Of a stretch of 64,000 nucleotides of DNA, positions 60,264-64,000 are shown one piece after another. The number at the start of each line of letters is the position of its first letter. Positions within the stretch are counted from its first letter, which is position 1. The position numbers and the translations under genes are program-made. This DNA comes from Rubrobacterales bacterium (GTDB taxonomy: Bacteria > Actinomycetota > Rubrobacteria > Rubrobacterales > Rubrobacteraceae), in the NCBI GenBank assembly GCA_038199875.1, contig JBBPYN010000076.1, forward strand, positions 7,036-71,035. The letters run 5' to 3'. The notes under the pieces were generated by a model that worked only from the letters and a program-made list of their open reading frames with translations, had not been told where the DNA came from and ran no database searches.

Positions 60264-61538
60264 CTAGCGGAGCCTCTCTGCTAGCGTATCAAGGTCGAGG
60301 TCGTCGGGGTCAACGACAGGCGGCTCCGTGAGATCTCGTGGTGGCGGGTACTTCTGTCCTATGCCGCAATCGAAGACTACTACTTCTTCGTGGCGTTCGA
60401 CCTCTCCTCTCTCGCGCAGTACGGGGACGGCGGCGAGTGCCGCGGCGGACTCGGGGCTGACGTAGCCTGCTCCCAGGCGTCCTGCGAACGTCTGCATCTC
60501 CGAGATTGAGTCTTCGGATACCGCTACGGCGGTGCCTTTCGATTCTCTCAAGGAGTCCAGGATCAGGAAGTCTCCAACGGCGGAGGGGACCCTGATGCCT
60601 GAGGCTCGAGTGTCCGCATTTTGCCAGGGTTCGGCGAAACGGTCTCCCCTCTCGAATGCTCTTACGATCGGTGCGCAGCCTTCGGATTGCACGCTTACCA
60701 TGCGTGGCCTTTGGGGTCCGATCAAGCCTAGCGCTTCCAGTTCGTCGAAGGCTTTCCACATGCCTACGAGGCCTGTGCCCCCGCCGGTCGGGTAGACGAT
60801 AACGTCAGGGAGGCGCCAGCCGAGTTGTTCGGCGAGCTCGAAGCCCATCGTCTTCTTGCCTTCGACGCGGTAGGGCTCCTTGAGCGTGCTCACGTCGAAG
60901 GCGCCGATCCGATCTGCGAGGGCGGTCGAGATCTTGCCGCAGTCCGAGATCAAACCCCGCACCAGGATGAGACGCGCACCCATAGCGAGCACTTCCTGTC
61001 TGTTGACGGGCGTCGCGTCAACGGGCGTTAGCACCGTGACCCGTGCGCCGGCGGCCGCCCCGTAGGCCGCCAGGGCGCCGGCGGCGTTTCCGGCGGAAGG
61101 CGCTATAAACGAGGTGACGCCGAGCTCCGCAGCCCGCGAGACGGCGACGGCCATCCCCCGCGCCTTGAAAGAGCCCGTGGGGTTCAGGCCCTCCGCTTTG
61201 GTGACCAGCCGCGGGAGGCCGAGCGCCTCTCCGAGGCGGGGTTGCGCCAGGAGAGGCGTATCGCCCTCACCCAGGTAGACTACATGGTTAGGGTCCCTCA
61301 CCGGTAGCAGTTCCGCCCAGCGCCACAGGCCGCCGGTGCGACGCTCCGCCAGCGAAGAGGCTGTAAGCGTTCGGGCCGCCTTCTCGAGGTCGTAGCGGGC
61401 GAGCAGAGGACGATCGTCCGCAGGATCGAGCCCCATCAAGGCGTCCGCCTGGTACCTTTCCCCCGACAGTGCTCCCTCAAGATGTGTCAGGGTAGACTTC
61501 GCACCCTCGCCCGCCGTTGTCATCTCGCTTCTCTCCAT
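60264..61538 (-). CDS. Threonine synthase-like PLP enzyme
   Basis: YLGEGDTPL, KAEGLNPTGSFKARG, SAGNAAGALA, YRVEGKKTMG, PTGGGTG. Confidence 0.85.
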   Translation of the reverse strand: MERSEMTTAGEGAKSTLTHLEGALSGERYQADALMGLDPADDRPLLARYDLEKAARTLTASSLAERRTGGLWRWAELLPVRDPNHVVYLGEGDTPLLAQPRLGEALGLPRLVTKAEGLNPTGSFKARGMAVAVSRAAELGVTSFIAPSAGNAAGALAAYGAAAGARVTVLTPVDATPVNRQEVLAMGARLILVRGLISDCGKISTALADRIGAFDVSTLKEPYRVEGKKTMGFELAEQLGWRLPDVIVYPTGGGTGLVGMWKAFDELEALGLIGPQRPRMVSVQSEGCAPIVRAFERGDRFAEPWQNADTRASGIRVPSAVGDFLILDSLRESKGTAVAVSEDSISEMQTFAGRLGAGYVSPESAAALAAVPVLRERGEVERHEEVVVFDCGIGQKYPPPRDLTEPPVVDPDDLDLDTLAERLR

Positions 61539-61568
61539 GGTGCCGAAATCCGCTCTGCTGGGGCGATC

Positions 61569-62423
61569 CTAGGCCGATCCGGTGAGGGTCTTCGCGTGGT
61601 GCAGCACGTGATCCTCCATGAAGGTGGAGATGAAGTAGTAGCCGTGGTCGTAGCCCTCTTGCCACCGCAGGGTCAGCGGCTGTCCCGCCTCGCGGCACGC
61701 TTCCTCGAAGACCTCGGGGTAGAGTTGCTCTTCGAGGAACTCGTCCGCAGTCCCCTGGTCTACTAGTATGGTCCGCCCATCGGTGAAGGGTGACCGGCGC
61801 ACCAGCTCGCTCGCGTCATGCTCGCGCCACGTCCCTTCGTCTGGCCCGAGGTATCCCGAGAACGCCTTGTGGCCCCAGGGGGCGCGGGTCGGGGCTGCGG
61901 CCGGGGCGAAGGCCGATACCGAAGCGTAGAGGTCGGGGTTCTTGAGGGCCAGGGTAAGGGCCCCGTGCCCGCCCATGGAGTGTCCGAAGATGCCCCTGGC
62001 GCCGGAAGCTGGAAAATGCTCTGCCACGATCGCAGGCAACTCGCTGGTTACGTAGGTGCCCATGTTGTAGTGGCGCGAGAAGGGCTCGACCGTGGCGTCG
62101 AGGTAGAAGCTGGCGCCGGAGCCGAAGTCATAGTCATCGTCCTCGCCGGGCAACCCAAGGCCACGCGGGCTGGTGTCTGGAGCCACGAGCATCAGGCCAT
62201 GCTCTGAGGCGAGGCGCTGGGCGCCTCCCTTGGTCATAAACGTCTCCTCCGTCGAGGTGAGGCCAGCGAGGTAGTAGAGGACGGGGACCGGCTGCTCCGC
62301 GGCCTGCGGTGGGACGTAGGCGGCGAAGCGCATCTCCGTATCGCAGGCGGAGGAGTGGTGCTCGTGGAACGAGACCGTCCCACCGAAACAGGAGTGCTCG
62401 CCAAGGGTGTTCAAGTTAGTCAT
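61569..62423 (-). CDS. fghA: S-formylglutathione hydrolase
   Basis: GHSMGGHGAL, VSAFAP, DQGTADEFL, GYDHGYYFISTF. Confidence 0.93.
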   Translation of the reverse strand: MTNLNTLGEHSCFGGTVSFHEHHSSACDTEMRFAAYVPPQAAEQPVPVLYYLAGLTSTEETFMTKGGAQRLASEHGLMLVAPDTSPRGLGLPGEDDDYDFGSGASFYLDATVEPFSRHYNMGTYVTSELPAIVAEHFPASGARGIFGHSMGGHGALTLALKNPDLYASVSAFAPAAAPTRAPWGHKAFSGYLGPDEGTWREHDASELVRRSPFTDGRTILVDQGTADEFLEEQLYPEVFEEACREAGQPLTLRWQEGYDHGYYFISTFMEDHVLHHAKTLTGSA

Positions 62424-62472
62424 AGACCCTTTCTCAAACGTCTCGCGGCCAGACCCGATGCCTGAAACCGCT

Positions 62473-63582
<1,110 letters not shown>

Positions 63583-63723
63583 CCTACCGCCCACCCTTCT
63601 AGCTCGCCCGTCTCCGGGCTCGTATATTCGGGCCAAAGCCAACCAGCGTCAAGACGGAAGACGAGAGCCAGAATGGTTGGCGCCGCACGGTTCTCGAACC
63701 GCACCCCCGATAAAGAGACGGCT

Positions 63724-63798
63724 CTCAACCTTTCCCCGTGAGGCCTCCCTGATCCTCTCGGCCTGCCCATCGCCGTAGGTGACGGGGGTCACGCCGTG
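63724..63798 (-). pseudogene. Short remnant resembling an NADP-dependent (zinc-type) oxidoreductase
   Basis: HGVTPVTYGDGQAERIREASRGKVE resembles the G..PV.YGDG.A.RIR motif of actinobacterial quinone oxidoreductases; preceded by an in-frame stop. Confidence 0.4.
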
Positions 63799-63833
63799 CT
63801 AAGAACATCTCACGCGGCGACGCTGCCTGAAGC

Positions 63834-64000
63834 TCAGCGGGTGTTCGCCGCGCCGAGCTCCTCCAGGTGATCCAGCGCCTCGCGAACAGACACCACATCG
63901 CCATACTTGGCATCGACGTCGTAGAGGTTCGCCTCGTGGGCCTGTTCGTTGCGGTCGCCCACTGCCTCCCGGGGGATTACGGGCCGAAATCCATACTGCA
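63834..64000 (-). CDS. Isochorismatase-family hydrolase, C-terminal part (5' part outside the window)
   Basis: QYGFRPVIPREAVGDRNEQAHEANLYDVDAKYGDVVS matches N-carbamoylsarcosine/maleamate amidohydrolase-like proteins. Confidence 0.82.
   Translation of the reverse strand, partial: QYGFRPVIPREAVGDRNEQAHEANLYDVDAKYGDVVSVREALDHLEELGAANTR

Overview
This is a high-GC chromosomal segment, and protein sequences and gene order point to a deep-branching actinobacterium, most likely Rubrobacter-like (inference, no database search). Most of it is housekeeping on the minus strand: murI, ssrA/smpB/rnr, ftsEX, prfB, secA, hpf, comF, an NDP-sugar pyrophosphorylase, an 11-gene nuoABCDHIJKLMN operon lacking nuoEFG, murA, the full atp operon, upp, glyA, tsaC, prmC, prfA, rpmE, rho, argS, rlmH, gltA and a glutathione-type frmA-fghA pair. 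Four accessory modules stand out. (1) A 7Fe ferredoxin and an RnfC/PduS-like flavoprotein with no Fe-S motif lie divergent from the complex I operon that lacks its NADH-input module. (2) A metallophosphoesterase and cyclic 2,3-diphosphoglycerate synthetase (cpgS) form a two-gene unit between argS and rho. (3) A SigK/RskA-like ECF pair is divergent from two Tat-exported ferritin-like proteins and a lipoprotein sortase, and both directions carry the same TGATCC-N16-CGTA motif. (4) A candidate structured ncRNA of about 190 nt lies upstream of rho. Several REP-like repeat families and two gene remnants are also visible. I found no tRNA, rRNA, CRISPR-cas system, integrase or transposase. Start codons were adjusted by eye from RBS and overlap patterns and are approximate.
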